Shown in pieces: positions 39,651 to 49,526 of a DNA stretch of 64,000 bases. Where the stretch lies: positions 5,568 to 69,567 of IMG/VR virus record IMGVR_UViG_3300009545_000003; one strand, written 5' to 3'. The position numbers and the translations under genes are program-made. Under the pieces are notes generated by a model. It did no database searches. It saw only the letters and a program-made list of their open reading frames with translations, and was not told the DNA's origin. Origin of the DNA: a virus. Position 1 is the first letter of the stretch; each line of letters starts with the position of its first letter.

Positions 39651-40274
39651 CTAGGCCACTATTTCCAGCACGCCTTCAGCGGCTAGTCTATGCACAAAGT
39701 AGGTCACTGTCCTACTTATTTTGCACTTTGTCTTTAACCTTCCAGTAGCTAATTCAGTGATCTTGTAGATACTAGAAGGTCCGACTTCTTTGAAAATTTC
39801 CACTATAGTACGAGGCCGACCTTTGATGTGTTGAATGTCCACATCTTTCTTAAGAGCATACTCACGATTAGTTTTATCGAGTCTGAGTGAAGTTTCGATG
39901 CAATCATCCCAAGCACTTTGATCAAGGGACTTTATGAATCGGTAAGCTTCTTCCTCAGAAATTTCATCTAACTCGGAAATTACTCTTGCGACTGTGTTAA
40001 GTGGAAATGGTTTGTTTGTTCGGATGAACAGATTAATCCTATCTTTGAAACTTTGACGAAACCTTTCGAAATTAAAGCTTGTCTTAGTTTCATTTAAAGG
40101 CCATAGTCTGTCTCCTGCCGATTTAACGAATTCATACTCTGTGAGTACTAACTCCGTTAATAAGACTGGATGAATTAGAAGGGCTTTTCTATACTTAGTT
40201 TCGAAGCAGATCCATACACCGAATCCAGTGAATGGAGCTTTCTCGTTGTAAGTAGTAACCTCGCGAATTTCCAT
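39651..40274 (-). CDS. protein with C-terminal winged-helix-like domain (paralog 4 of 4)
   Basis: EYAL...KGRPR.IV...TVTYFVHRL..EGV aligns loosely to the family. Confidence 0.5.
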   Translation of the reverse strand: MEIREVTTYNEKAPFTGFGVWICFETKYRKALLIHPVLLTELVLTEYEFVKSAGDRLWPLNETKTSFNFERFRQSFKDRINLFIRTNKPFPLNTVARVISELDEISEEEAYRFIKSLDQSAWDDCIETSLRLDKTNREYALKKDVDIQHIKGRPRTIVEIFKEVGPSSIYKITELATGRLKTKCKISRTVTYFVHRLAAEGVLEIVA

Positions 40275-40396
40275 GCCGATGGAAAGCCTTTCGAATTATT
40301 CAATCTTGATTTAATTGTATACCATCTTTTACAAAGAAGATACAACCAAATCGTAACTAGATGCAAATCATTAGTAACCAGAGTTTCGATTACTTC

Positions 40397-41878
40397 TCAA
40401 AATCGATAACTAAAGGCACCGTTTGGTAACAACAAAAACACTCTTTCCTTCGCACGGGTCATGGCGACATACCAAATTCTGTGCTCATCGTCAGGATGTT
40501 TAGTCATGTTATTGAACACTGATCGACTCATGTCAGGATCAATAATGACTGTATGAGCTTCTCTTCCCTTAGATTGGTGGATTGACATGAGCTCTACTTT
40601 AGGCAAGGCGCATCTCAAAACTCCAGCATGCCTGATAAGATCTGGTAGAGATTCTCTACCCGGGATAGTTGGTAGAGCAAAGTACCAATTGTGGTAGTCT
40701 GGCCGTGAGATGAAAACATCCTCAATAGTTAATGAAAGTTTCTGCTTAATCATGTCTCTTGCAGAAGGCCTAATAAAATCGTCAGACATGAAACGAAATA
40801 GAGTTTTCAGTCTATCTGAGCTTTCCTCTTTTTTCTTAAAGAGGTTATACCACGCAAAAAGAGCTACTCGAGTTTCTTTGCTATTGACAGGACTTCCCTT
40901 TCCTATATAAGGAATTCTTTCTCTTTTAAGGATGCTAGCAAGATCTGCTCCTCTGTAGTGGTTCCTAAAGAGTATGTAGGTTTTCTCACTAAGATCTGTT
41001 GTGGTGATGTAGCCAGCGTTGCGTACTGAGCCAACAGATTCTGTCGGAGCATATTCTTTTTGAAGCCTCTTCGAGATTCTGTCGGTAATTTTTCTAGCAG
41101 CATAGTGAACTGATCGAGACACCCTATGAGATTGATTAAGAACTTCAACTGAATCTGATCTAAAGTCTTGGAATACGGAACTATCCGCACCTGCCCAGTT
41201 AAAGATCGCTTGGTCGTCATCCCCCGCAACATACCATGTACCTGCTTTCTGACCTAGAATGTTTACTACTTCCCATTGAAGTTTAGATAGATCCTGAGCT
41301 TCATCAATAAAAAGAACGTCGATGTCGAGAGGCTTTCCATACTCCACATATCTAGATAGGAGATCGGTGTAATCCAGAATTCCTTCAGCAGTTTTCCAGG
41401 CCCTATAGGCTTTCGTGAACCACACCGCGTATTTAAAGTCAATATCATCAGGAGCATTTTCTAAAGCCTCTTGCAGCATTATTTTACGGTGTCGTCCATG
41501 ATGATTAATTTGAAGAAGAACATCATCTTTTGTAGCTGGTTCTAGTCCTCTCTCATATTCTTCTATCCATGGATCCAAATCTGAGCCAGTTAACTTAACT
41601 CCAAGTTTCTTTCCAAAAATTCTTATATTCTCAGGCCTAACTATTTGATCACGGCCTATTCCTAGTTGATGATAGCAAATAGAATGAATAGTCTTACAGT
41701 AAGGAAACTCTTTTTCTGTTTTCCCTGTTCTATGTAGTGCTTCTAATCTAGCGGCTCTAGTGAAAGTTAGAAACGCAATTCTTTCTGCTGGTATTCCACT
41801 GTCAAGTTCTCTTTCGAGATACTCTAGCAGTCTCGTCGTCTTTCCCGTGCCTGGAGGCCCTAATAATTTGTGTTTCAT
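40397..41878 (-). CDS. UvrD/Rep-like SF1 helicase
   Basis: GPPGTGKT, FT..A, DEAQD, GDDDQAI, IHQSKGRE and YVAMTRA. Confidence 0.93.
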   Translation of the reverse strand: MKHKLLGPPGTGKTTRLLEYLERELDSGIPAERIAFLTFTRAARLEALHRTGKTEKEFPYCKTIHSICYHQLGIGRDQIVRPENIRIFGKKLGVKLTGSDLDPWIEEYERGLEPATKDDVLLQINHHGRHRKIMLQEALENAPDDIDFKYAVWFTKAYRAWKTAEGILDYTDLLSRYVEYGKPLDIDVLFIDEAQDLSKLQWEVVNILGQKAGTWYVAGDDDQAIFNWAGADSSVFQDFRSDSVEVLNQSHRVSRSVHYAARKITDRISKRLQKEYAPTESVGSVRNAGYITTTDLSEKTYILFRNHYRGADLASILKRERIPYIGKGSPVNSKETRVALFAWYNLFKKKEESSDRLKTLFRFMSDDFIRPSARDMIKQKLSLTIEDVFISRPDYHNWYFALPTIPGRESLPDLIRHAGVLRCALPKVELMSIHQSKGREAHTVIIDPDMSRSVFNNMTKHPDDEHRIWYVAMTRAKERVFLLLPNGAFSYRF

Positions 41879-42031
41879 TCTACTTTGAATCCTAACATTC
41901 TTAAGTACTGTTTCAAGTGGTGTTGTACTTCTTCACAAGTCAGTCTTGAATTGTGTCTTCCTAGAAATCTGTCTGCATCAGTGACTGGCTTACTTTGCCA
42001 CCCGCACTTAGGACAAGGGTCTCCTTCATGA

Positions 42032-42481
42032 TCAGAATTCGAAGAGTTCATACTGCTTTTCCTCTACTTTTCTCTGCTCTGATTTCAGAGTAGGTATTCC
42101 ATGTCCCCATTGATCTTCAACAAACATCACATTCTCAGGAGTAAATGGTTCATTCATCATTCGGCTCTTAGAGAATCTTGTCTTACCTTCTTCGTGAATT
42201 GGACTATCACATTCAAATTCTGCGTGAATCAAAGTGCAGATAACAAGTGCAGATACCCAAGGGCCTGTCATTTGTATCAAAGGAGCGGGTAATCCTAGTC
42301 TGCACTTAGTATCCACAGCTATTTCGAAGAGAACAGAGCTATCAACAACGCCCACAGAGCCAGACTCAATGACATCTCGAATATCAGATGCGAGTGATTT
42401 AACTCTGTCATCTGAACGAAGAGCATTCCACTCTTCCTGAGCAATATTTGGATTATATCTTGCATGAGGATCCCACCACAT
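42032..42481 (-). CDS. hypothetical protein
   Basis: Co-directional and tightly packed. Confidence 0.5.
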   Translation of the reverse strand: MWWDPHARYNPNIAQEEWNALRSDDRVKSLASDIRDVIESGSVGVVDSSVLFEIAVDTKCRLGLPAPLIQMTGPWVSALVICTLIHAEFECDSPIHEEGKTRFSKSRMMNEPFTPENVMFVEDQWGHGIPTLKSEQRKVEEKQYELFEF

Positions 42482-42482
42482 T

Positions 42483-42857
42483 TCACTCTCCTATTTGCGC
42501 TGAAATCTTACTCTTTTGCTTCTCACGAATCTTATCAATATTTCGCCAGACTCTTTCTATTTCTATTTCATAAGCTTTCGCAATATCTATATCAATCGCG
42601 GTGCATAAGGCTGCTAGAGTAATTACTACTCCTCCTACTTCTTGCGGAGCCTCTCCAGTTGACCTACTATAGACGTACTCAACCATCTTCAGTACGTCTT
42701 CTTTTGTAAGAAATATCTGGGCTAACTCAATAGATTCTTCAGTGAATCTAAGAGCTCTTTCTTTTACGTTTTGTGTTCTTTCTTTTCCATGGCAGGTAAG
42801 ACACCACCAGTGAACTACTTGCTGAAATGAAATCATCGATTTGGATCCTCCAGCCAA
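42483..42857 (-). CDS. second MazG-like nucleotide pyrophosphatase
   Basis: RFTEESIELAQ...QEVGGV.ITLAALC. Confidence 0.65.
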   Translation of the reverse strand: MAGGSKSMISFQQVVHWWCLTCHGKERTQNVKERALRFTEESIELAQIFLTKEDVLKMVEYVYSRSTGEAPQEVGGVVITLAALCTAIDIDIAKAYEIEIERVWRNIDKIREKQKSKISAQIGE

Positions 42858-43231
42858 CGTACTGATTTGTAGTTAGCAATTGCGTAGTCAATTTCAGATT
42901 TTGTAGATGAACCTACATAACCATCAACGTTAATAACCAAGATTTCATCGGCAAGATCAATCTTACGTTTGTGAAGTTCATCGAGTTGAATTTTTTCTTC
43001 TTCAGTAATCCCGACTATTTCGCCATGTTCTCTCTTTGCCCAGTCCAACTCATTAGCACTGTGAGCAAAGAATCCGACTGAAAGAACAATATTTCCTTTC
43101 ATTGTTTCTTCGAAATTAGATTGCATGTACTGCTTATAGAATCTTGTTGAGCCACATAAGCAGACAATCTTGGGCCTAGGACCCTTACCTTTGAAACGGG
43201 TTACGTGTAAAAATGGTTGGTCTTTATTCAT
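42833..43231 (-). CDS. nucleoside 2-deoxyribosyltransferase-like protein
   Basis: VCLCGSTRF, KIDLADEILV...GY.GSSTKSEIDYA. Confidence 0.65.
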   Translation of the reverse strand: MNKDQPFLHVTRFKGKGPRPKIVCLCGSTRFYKQYMQSNFEETMKGNIVLSVGFFAHSANELDWAKREHGEIVGITEEEKIQLDELHKRKIDLADEILVINVDGYVGSSTKSEIDYAIANYKSVRWLEDPNR

Positions 43232-43676
43232 CTTTCCTCCTGTTTTTCCACCAAAACTTTAAATATTGAATTAAAGTTTTTGGCTGCTTAATTTCCATGT
43301 AATCACGATAGTAAACTGTTTCCCATTCATCACTAGGAAACTGTAGACAAATTCCCAGTGGAAGATGTCTAAGCGCAGTTTCGACAAGCATTTTATTAGT
43401 TCGAGGATTTCTTCCATATGGAGTCACTCTCACGCCATATGGAAGAGATTCAAAATCTACAATGACCATCGGATCTATTTGGAGTAGTAACTCTTTAAAT
43501 TCTCCTTCAGTCATCTTTCCTCCTGTTCCTTATACTCATGTCTTAACTTCTCAATTTCTTCTTTAGATCTCATCCCTTCATTGTGGATGGCACCTGTAGT
43601 GAAGTGAACTTTACAATCTAAACAAAAGAACCTACAGTAGTTAGTGTCAGGTCCTGATACTTCAACACTACTGTGA

Positions 43677-44348
43677 TTAGGATGAGGTCCCCACATCTTT
43701 CCTCCATTTTGCTATGGTTGTCCAATTCTTTTCTCCTATACGAGGAGTGTTAAGAAGTCTAAATCCCATGTATTCGAAAGTGTTGAGCATCCTCGCAGCC
43801 AGGTCTCTGTGCCCTCGCTTTGTTAAGTGAAGTTCCATGACAACGTATCTTACGTCTTTGTTCAGTTGATCCCAAGGTAAATCATACTCAGCTCCTTCTA
43901 TATCACACTTGACTATAGTAGGACGAAGTTCCTTGAGAATACTTCGTAGTCCGATGCCTACTACCACCTGCTCTGATCTACCACGAGTAGGTATCGTGCT
44001 ATGAAGAGCATTATTCGTTTTGTCATTGACATAAATCTTAATGTCTTTACCTTCAAGTTCATCGGGAACTACCGCCCTGTAAAACGCACCAAATTTAAAG
44101 TGAGTAGCATTGAGTTCCAAAATTCGGTAATTTGATGCTTCAGCCTCAAATGACCACAGTAGTGTACCAGGTCTTTCAAGTAAGGCACGAGAACCAAAAC
44201 AGCCAATGTGCCCGCCGAGATCCAGGACCCTATCAGTAGCATCCAACCCAAGAGGAAAATAACTCTTCGTTTCGTTAAGTATCCACTCATCAAAAGTTCC
44301 TTTCCTGTAAGTGATACCTAACTCAGGATGTTGAATAAGTTCTGTCAT
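43677..44348 (-). CDS. FkbM-family SAM-dependent methyltransferase
   Basis: VLDLGGHIG, SFEA and VKCDIEGAEY motifs. Confidence 0.85.
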   Translation of the reverse strand: MTELIQHPELGITYRKGTFDEWILNETKSYFPLGLDATDRVLDLGGHIGCFGSRALLERPGTLLWSFEAEASNYRILELNATHFKFGAFYRAVVPDELEGKDIKIYVNDKTNNALHSTIPTRGRSEQVVVGIGLRSILKELRPTIVKCDIEGAEYDLPWDQLNKDVRYVVMELHLTKRGHRDLAARMLNTFEYMGFRLLNTPRIGEKNWTTIAKWRKDVGTSS

Positions 44349-44355
44349 ATCATCC

Positions 44356-45147
44356 TCAGATCTTCGAATTTAAGAATGTGTACTTTTCAATTCCGTCAAC
44401 TATCTCGACTCTCATATCTTGATAAAGATTCGGATAGCATGTTTGCTGTTCTCGCGCTACTTCACCAAAGACAATTCTAATTTCTTCCTCAGCTACACTG
44501 TCTGTTCTTTGTTCTATAGCCCAACGCATAGAACGATGGTTTCCTGTGAATCCTATCATAGTAGCTAAGCCTATGGGAGCCAGCCTACGCATTGCACTTG
44601 TGAGTTTCTTCTTAGTTCCAAAATCTTTAATTTCGTCAAGACTCAATAACTGAGTTAACTGTAGTTGAATTCCTTCAAGTGTCTCAAAGGTTGATTTGAA
44701 GATGGCCATGATCTCATCTTTTTTCTCATGTTCTTCAAATACTCTTGGAAAATATCCCTTAAGAGCGTCTAATCTTACATACCTTAAACTTTCTTGTGAG
44801 AAGCTATTTCCAATTCTATTCCTAACTAACTCATGCGTAAACACTCTAGACACATCTAGAAAGATGTAACTATCATAAGCATGTTCTATAACAGATCCGT
44901 GTCTAGTTTTAAGAATGTTATCTACATAAAGAGAATTTCCTTCACGAATTTTTAGAACATTCTTATTCATTCCAGGTTGAAAAGAACGGTAACAACCACG
45001 TCCCATTACTTCGATAAGTTTTTCTGCATCTGTTGGAGCGTCAGTTATCCAATCAGGAATACCTAACGCATCAAAGTAGCCTTGTATGCCAGATTCTATG
45101 ATCTTTGTCTGGGCTACATGGAAAACTTGAGGTCTCACAATCTTCAT
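44356..45147 (-). CDS. thyX: flavin-dependent thymidylate synthase
   Basis: HGSVIEH, SRVFTHELVRNR..SFSQES.RY, GNHR and EEIR motifs. Confidence 0.88.
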   Translation of the reverse strand: MKIVRPQVFHVAQTKIIESGIQGYFDALGIPDWITDAPTDAEKLIEVMGRGCYRSFQPGMNKNVLKIREGNSLYVDNILKTRHGSVIEHAYDSYIFLDVSRVFTHELVRNRIGNSFSQESLRYVRLDALKGYFPRVFEEHEKKDEIMAIFKSTFETLEGIQLQLTQLLSLDEIKDFGTKKKLTSAMRRLAPIGLATMIGFTGNHRSMRWAIEQRTDSVAEEEIRIVFGEVAREQQTCYPNLYQDMRVEIVDGIEKYTFLNSKI

Positions 45148-45782
45148 ACTATCTCCAGTGTCTTTCGAAATGCTTCTGGCAAGACTTTGAAAGGAACTAT
45201 TGGCCAAAACACTTCATGATAGTTTCTAACAGCGTTTTCACTATGCATTGTGCAGACCATATGTTCTTCCGCCGATTGAGCTGATGTGCTTCCTGAGTTG
45301 ATGAACTTACAATCTTCAGCTAGATACACACTCTCATCAAAAGGATTCTTAAGAGCATATTCTCGCCGATACATTATTGAAGCTCCCCAGATACTGCCAC
45401 GATAGTGTGAAGCAACTTTCCTAACACTATCCCACCAGTAAACTTTGTTGTATCCTACAATGTCTCCACCAAATCTAGAAAACATGTCTAGCTGATCAGA
45501 TATCCTGTTAGGACCACTCCAATCATCGTCATCAAAATGACAGATGAACTCTCCGCTAGCTATCTTAGCTGCATAGTTTCTTTTCTCAGCTAAGTTTCTG
45601 AAATTGCCTCTAGTGTACCTACAACGTGGAAGACCGCCTAAGAGATCTATATTGCGAGATTCACTCTCAATAACGATCAGCTCTAGATTACTATAGGTTT
45701 GATTCCTATAGCAATCTAGAGCTCGCTTAAAGAGATCTCTTCTATTTATTGTAGGAATCGTAACTGTTACTAGAGGAGTCAT
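45144..45782 (-). CDS. GT2-family (GT-A) glycosyltransferase
   Basis: VTVTIPT.NR, QTY.NLELIV, KRN, GEFICHFDDDD and AED motifs. Confidence 0.88.
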   Translation of the reverse strand: MTPLVTVTIPTINRRDLFKRALDCYRNQTYSNLELIVIESESRNIDLLGGLPRCRYTRGNFRNLAEKRNYAAKIASGEFICHFDDDDWSGPNRISDQLDMFSRFGGDIVGYNKVYWWDSVRKVASHYRGSIWGASIMYRREYALKNPFDESVYLAEDCKFINSGSTSAQSAEEHMVCTMHSENAVRNYHEVFWPIVPFKVLPEAFRKTLEIV

Positions 45783-46093
45783 AGTCCAGGATTTCTTTCC
45801 ATGAAGCTTACAAGGTAATTCTGATAGAATTGACCTTTCTTATAATTCTCAAGTTCAATTCCCTTTTCCTTGGCACGGTCATTGTACTTGTAAACATTCC
45901 CCTTTAAGAATCCGATAAATTCTTGAGGAGTCATTCGATTCTCAAGTACTTTAATCGTTTCATAGACAGTGTCTCCACCATAATGAGATGGATGATTAAT
46001 GGTTTCACTGGATTGTAACGGAACTTCCGTCATTACTTTCGTCAGTTTCTCCAATACTGGCGTCTTCTTTCTTGAGCCCTTGGATTCTTTCAT
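45779..46093 (-). CDS. DUF3310 (T7 gp1.7-like nucleotide kinase) protein
   Basis: INHPSHY..E.I...GFLKGN.YKY..RA..KG. Confidence 0.8.
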   Translation of the reverse strand: MKESKGSRKKTPVLEKLTKVMTEVPLQSSETINHPSHYGGDTVYETIKVLENRMTPQEFIGFLKGNVYKYNDRAKEKGIELENYKKGQFYQNYLVSFMERNPGL

Positions 46094-46380
46094 TCTCTTT
46101 TTCCTCTTTTCTTTTCGTTAAAAACGCATGCACTTCATCAAGAAGCTGTGTGTCTCCTAAGGTAGTGTTAAACACAAACTCACACTTAGGTAGGAGTTCT
46201 GGGGGTAGAGCGGGTGTGAATTGGAATATCGATCTATCCCCACTAAACAGCCACTCTAACGCTCGTGATGCATGATCTCTAGCACTGAGACCTTGCTTTT
46301 TTGCTTCTTCTCTTAGATTGTCAAGAGACTTACGGGTTAAGTCAATGTGGATCGCCACTTTTCTCCTTTTTCCTTGGTTA

Positions 46381-46476
46381 ATTTGTGCAAATCCTGGATG
46401 ATAAAATATACACCAGCATATTGCACAAATGACCCTGGGTTATCCCTGGATTTCCCTGGAGTGACCCTGGGTGATT
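46381..46476 (+). repeat. dispersed palindrome + CCCTGG element, copy 3
   Basis: Perfect ATTTGTGCAA/TTGCACAAAT inverted repeat at 46381-46430; CCCTGG at 46433, 46444, 46454, 46465. Confidence 0.9.
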
Positions 46477-46655
46477 ACCTTAGGCATATTTAATGCCCAG
46501 GCAATTTGACTCATAATCTCTTCAGAGAGCAATTTCTCATCCACTATAAAACTCTTTCCACCTGCCATAACAGCATCAAGAATCTTACAGTAGTTTTCTG
46601 CTGAAAGTTTAGCCCGAAGGATATTCATTTGAGTTTTTGTGAAGGTTGCAGGCAT
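46440..46655 (-). CDS. small hypothetical protein whose C-terminus runs through repeat copy 3
   Basis: TAATG overlap with primase. Confidence 0.45.
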   Translation of the reverse strand: MPATFTKTQMNILRAKLSAENYCKILDAVMAGGKSFIVDEKLLSEEIMSQIAWALNMPKVITQGHSREIQG

Positions 46656-48145
46656 TAGATTTCTGGCTCCTCCTTCTCAAATTCTGCTTCAGAATAATCT
46701 TCAGTCTGCCGATTAACCTGAGCAGACGGTATTGACCAAGCTCGGATTACCTTGCCTTTGATCTTGATCAAAGTGTATGCGCAGTTTCTCCGATGTAACA
46801 CTGAGAAAAGTTCATGGTTGCTAATAATCGTTTTCTGAGACGTAAGATATCTTTGAAGAAAATCGACCTGAAATAGAACTTGATCTTTTTCAATGATCGG
46901 CAATCCTCGAAGTAAGTCATCTCTTCCTTTCGACCTATCACTTAAAGCCAGGTAGTCATCAATCTTATTAATCGTTGAACCGAATTGTGAAGCATCATCT
47001 GGAGCCTCTATATCAGATTTTTGAGATAATAGATTCTTTACTTTCTGCTCCCATTGAGGTTGCTTAACCGGTCTAATCACTAAGTCCATGATTTCAAAAC
47101 ATCTTTTTCTTAGCTTTTCAAACGTTCTGAATTCATCTGATGACAATGATAAGTCTTTTCCATTCACCTCCAAAATATAGGTTGGTGGGTCACTTAAGAT
47201 CTTCCGAAGATTTCCCACCGTAATTTCATCGAAGTTACTCTCATCTTCCCACGGTTTGTGTCCAACTCCAAACGGCAACTGGAGACATTGTTTCCGATCA
47301 CAATGAGAGCATAATGGTTCTTCATCGCACTTGTACTGGTACTGTCTTGCATTGAGACTTTTAATAAGCGCCTCGACTTCACGAGATCCAAGAGGAGGCG
47401 AAACATAATTCTGGTTATGATACCGAAGCTTGTCTTCCCAACCATTTGGTGAAGACTTCCGGTAGAATACTCCGTAACTAAACAGTCCGACATTTCTAGT
47501 ACCCTGGGGAAGCCCTTCCTCTGTAAGAGTCTTTAAGCATGGCGGCATCTGATCAATCTGTATGAGTCCACTGTTCTGAGAAGAATCGATCTTCTCCTTT
47601 CCTGTGTAGTACTGGACTCGGGCAAGAAACTCTTCAAATTCTACTGAGCCTGTCTCGAAGACGGCGTATCGCACTGTATTCTGTGCGTTGAAATACGGAA
47701 GATTGAGCCAGTTGCCAACATTCTGTGTAGTACTCTTAAGTTGCTTGGGAAAAATTTCGGTTTTGTTCGGGAATCCTAAGAGACCCGCCCACTTCTTTAG
47801 CAGTGATTGTACCGTAGAACTCGGCTGAGCTTCCTTAAAGAAAACATAAAGGTGAGCTCCACCACTCTTAGAACGGCACACGGTTAGTGGTAGATTCCTT
47901 GCCGCTACACGAGAATACAATTCTCGATGATCTACTGTGTCTATGTCGACATCGATTGCTCCCCAAAAGCACTTTCCCTCTGAATCAACAGGTACAATAC
48001 CTAGGCCTTGATCTCCAATTAGATGTTTTCTGTAATCTTCCTCAGAAACTGGAGTTAAAACGGTAGCCATGTTCCCTGTGGTTCGTTCAAAAGTGCCATG
48101 TGCCAGCGCAGAACCACGAAATAGATTCGCAAACTTATCTAGCAT
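46655..48145 (-). CDS. archaeo-eukaryotic primase (PrimPol) with PriCT-like domain
   Basis: IDVD, RSKSGGAHLY, EIFPKQ, GNWLNLPY and G.RN..LF...PPL..EV. Confidence 0.85.
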   Translation of the reverse strand: MLDKFANLFRGSALAHGTFERTTGNMATVLTPVSEEDYRKHLIGDQGLGIVPVDSEGKCFWGAIDVDIDTVDHRELYSRVAARNLPLTVCRSKSGGAHLYVFFKEAQPSSTVQSLLKKWAGLLGFPNKTEIFPKQLKSTTQNVGNWLNLPYFNAQNTVRYAVFETGSVEFEEFLARVQYYTGKEKIDSSQNSGLIQIDQMPPCLKTLTEEGLPQGTRNVGLFSYGVFYRKSSPNGWEDKLRYHNQNYVSPPLGSREVEALIKSLNARQYQYKCDEEPLCSHCDRKQCLQLPFGVGHKPWEDESNFDEITVGNLRKILSDPPTYILEVNGKDLSLSSDEFRTFEKLRKRCFEIMDLVIRPVKQPQWEQKVKNLLSQKSDIEAPDDASQFGSTINKIDDYLALSDRSKGRDDLLRGLPIIEKDQVLFQVDFLQRYLTSQKTIISNHELFSVLHRRNCAYTLIKIKGKVIRAWSIPSAQVNRQTEDYSEAEFEKEEPEI

Positions 48146-48211
48146 GGCAGTTTCCCTTTTGACGAATTTTAAGAAGTTGGCCGATTGCTCATAACAACCG
48201 GCCTTCTGCCA

Positions 48212-49018
48212 TTAAAGTTCTGACGCCGGAGCATCATCCGTCGGGAAATCTGTATCAGCTGCTTCTCCTGTGGTATCGACCTTGATGTTCATTGCACGAA
48301 GAGCAGAGAAATTCTGCTCCATTTGCTTGAACAAATCTTGATCGACAAAACCGGCTGGCACGAGTTTCTTTTCGTACCATTCATTGTTTCCGTCTCTCAT
48401 TGTGACGACCTGAATCTTATACTTCTTCGCATACATCGGAAGTCTAGTCAGTCTCACATTAGCAAGGAACTGTTTTGAAAGACGAAGTCCAGTTGATTTG
48501 TAGCTCGTAGCGATAGGCATCGGATCTGAAGTCAAAGTGAAGCACATCAGATTGTGATACATCGTGCAGAGCGGTGGATTACTTGTATCCTCTGCCACTG
48601 TTGATCCATTACCCCAGGCACTGTACTGACATGAAGCACAGCCTACTGGACAAATGCTTCCGCCATCAATACCATTCGCTGACATACACTCAACACCGCC
48701 ACCTTCATCAATCGGAAAATACTTAATCCGATTACGGAAGAAAAACAGAGGAACTAATTCAAGTGTTTCTCCGTAGATCTCCTGGGTAACGCTATTGAAT
48801 AACTGTCCTTCAGCGAGACCTTCAATGTACGCTTTGTCATTCTTTCTCTTTTGCGGAGAAAGTGCCTGGCAAAGTCCTAAACGAGGTAGGAGTATATCAG
48901 AATTCTCAACATCTTCCATACCCTTCTGATGTCCGACCTCACTTCGCATCCATTCAGGAACTTCTGAATTGTTTGCGAGCGCCGAGTTTTTTGTTTGAGT
49001 GATTTCTGTTTTACTCAT
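48212..49018 (-). CDS. probable ssDNA-binding/recombination protein
   Basis: PRL.L.Q.LSPQ motif, acidic tail, position next to primase. Confidence 0.6.
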   Translation of the reverse strand: MSKTEITQTKNSALANNSEVPEWMRSEVGHQKGMEDVENSDILLPRLGLCQALSPQKRKNDKAYIEGLAEGQLFNSVTQEIYGETLELVPLFFFRNRIKYFPIDEGGGVECMSANGIDGGSICPVGCASCQYSAWGNGSTVAEDTSNPPLCTMYHNLMCFTLTSDPMPIATSYKSTGLRLSKQFLANVRLTRLPMYAKKYKIQVVTMRDGNNEWYEKKLVPAGFVDQDLFKQMEQNFSALRAMNIKVDTTGEAADTDFPTDDAPASEL

Positions 49019-49526
49019 CTAGGTTGCTTGCCCCTCTCACGGTTATGCTCTGTTTGAAATACGTGTTAATTCCTGGTGGAACATCCTCACTGTTAGTGAG
49101 TTTCTGCTTCACCATGGAACTCATCGTCTGGTAGTTGACAGTAAATAGATCCTCAAGACCGTTCTCCTTGATCCATTTGTAGAATGATTCTCTGTCAGCT
49201 ACTGAGCAGTAGACGTCATCCTTGATCGTAAGTGAAACGCCACCGTCCAACTTGACGGAATTCATCGATTCACCTTCAAGGAAGTCTACTAAGATTTGAT
49301 TCATCGCTTCTATGGTTAAGTTTTCTTCCTTAACCTTAGATTCATATTCTGCTTTTCGAATCTTAGCATGAACAAGAACATCGCCAAAATGCTTCGCGTT
49401 TAGAGGAATCTCTTGTTCTCTTAAGAGAGTCTTAATTCTTTCCTTTTCAGCGCTGACCCTCTGTTGGTACTCTGGCTCCCCAGAGAACTTGGTTATCTGA
49501 TCCTTCAGATGTGAGTACTTTCCCAT
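49011..49526 (-). CDS. conserved replication-module coiled-coil protein
   Basis: F..W.KENG..D...VN.QT...VPPGI pattern. Confidence 0.55.
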   Translation of the reverse strand: MGKYSHLKDQITKFSGEPEYQQRVSAEKERIKTLLREQEIPLNAKHFGDVLVHAKIRKAEYESKVKEENLTIEAMNQILVDFLEGESMNSVKLDGGVSLTIKDDVYCSVADRESFYKWIKENGLEDLFTVNYQTMSSMVKQKLTNSEDVPPGINTYFKQSITVRGASNLDE

